64,000 nucleotides of DNA, taken from contig NC_086381.1 in assembly GCF_036588685.1 (NCBI RefSeq), positions 1,612,001 to 1,676,000 on the forward strand, given 5' to 3'. Each line of letters starts with the position of its first letter. The stretch's first letter is position 1. The stretch comes from Mytilus trossulus (lineage: Eukaryota). This document shows, piece by piece, positions 62,680 to 64,000 of this stretch. The position numbers were made by a program, and so were the translations under genes. The notes beneath the pieces are model-generated. The model was not told where the DNA came from, did no database searches, and was given only the letters and a program-made list of their open reading frames with translations.

Positions 62680-62955
62680 AATACATTAGGCTGCCCTAAA
62701 ACTCTCATTCATCTAATCCAAGGGAGATAATTCATCTCATCCAAGGGACATAACACATTAGGCTGCCCTAAAACTCTCATTCATCTAATCCAAGGGAGAT
62801 AATTCATCTTATCCAAGGGACATTACACATTAGGCTGCCCTAAAACTCTCATTCATCTAATCAGGGAGATAATTCATCTAATCCAAGGGACATAATACAT
62901 TAGGTGCCCTAAACATGCATCTCTCTCTCTCTCTCATCTAATCCAAGGGAAATAA
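62680..62955. repeat. ~72-bp tandem repeat, about 3.5 copies
   Basis: ACATTAGGCTGCCCTAAAACTCTCATTCATCTAATCCAAGGGAGATAAT unit. Confidence 0.85.
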
Positions 62956-64000
62956 TCAATGTTATAAACTTTTACATTAGGCCTCAAATGGACATTATAA
63001 TGTAAACTACTTTCTTTACCAAATGTAACAAAAGAATTTTCATAATCTAGACATCTTTTCCAGAATAGACAATTTTTGGTGCGGCTAGTTGAGCCTAAAA
63101 GGACCCCTCCCCCCCAAAAAAAAAAAAAAATAATTTAGACTTCACAAAAAAGAGGATCTTCTTGGATTATATGAATTTCATGTAAAATATCTTCATTTAA
63201 AGAGGATAAACAAAATTTGATTTTTAAAAAGAAATAATAAAAGTTCCACATTTGAGCTACACAAATGTAACATATAATCTATAAATAACCACACTCTCTC
63301 ACTCAATAAATACATGATTATAATGTGATGGTTCTCTCAGAAATCTTAATTCATTTTGGTAGGTACTTTAGAAATGGTCAATTGTTATTTAGCTTATCAA
63401 TAAAAAATGTATAAATAATATCTCTACCTTTGATAGAACATATACATGTATATTTAACTTTTATTTACTAAAAACATACTTGTTTATTTAAATACAAAAG
63501 CCAAAATAATTTGATATTAGAATTCTTTATCTCTGATGGGGATTGACTATAACATATAAATAGTCAGTCTGCAGTAAGATCTTTAAACTGGAAATATATA
63601 TAACCGTGATAATGTGCATAATTTAACTATTTTTCTTATTTAAGGGGAGATAACTGATACTTTATTGTTCATTATCTCCCTTTAACAAATATCATAATCT
63701 TAATCATATTTTACCATCAATAAGTCAACAAATAATACTACAAGATTAGTTACCACATAAAAACAGCCATTTCACAGAAATAAATATTTTCATTATAATG
63801 TTTCTTTGTTATTACCATAAAACATGATGAAAATAGTGAACAATTTCATTGTCAATTATATTACCATGCCAAATTTTTATTGTATTGGACATGTGAAAAG
63901 ATTGGGTATGTTTTATGATTCATTTCAATCATTGTTTAATAAGTTAATCTTTAACTGTATATTTATTAAATTCAGATTGCATTTCTCTATAAATAAACAC

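Overview
AT-rich animal genomic DNA with spliceosomal introns and dense interspersed repeats. Gene content (a Pif/BMSP-type shell-matrix gene) and repeat style suggest a bivalve mollusc, probably Mytilus-like (inference). Six protein genes can be reconstructed by hand from splice sites and codon phase: (1) a minus-strand SRSF3/7-type SR protein with its RS tract N-terminal to the RRM, running off the left edge; (2) a divergent plus-strand SRSF7-like gene (RRM, Gly/Arg linker, CCHC zinc knuckle, RS; 237 aa) with a candidate 410-nt poison exon; (3) a 10-exon secreted VWA / Thr-rich / chitin-binding / laminin-G Pif-like protein (~668 aa); (4) a CBR1-like SDR that has lost its catalytic Tyr and has an N-terminal extension; (5) an intronless class A GPCR; (6) a 3-exon DUF1772-like membrane protein. 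The rest is Helentron-type HINEs, MITEs, a MULE derivative, a decayed LINE inside a four-level nested insertion, and Penelope-like element (PLE) tails. The most striking non-coding signal is a well-formed type II SECIS (selenocysteine insertion) hairpin in the 3' UTR of a truncated PLE. Two degenerate copies occur elsewhere, and the intact one lies ~2 kb downstream of, and on the same strand as, a GPCR whose TGA stop falls inside a coding repeat. All calls come from manual reading; no database searches were run.
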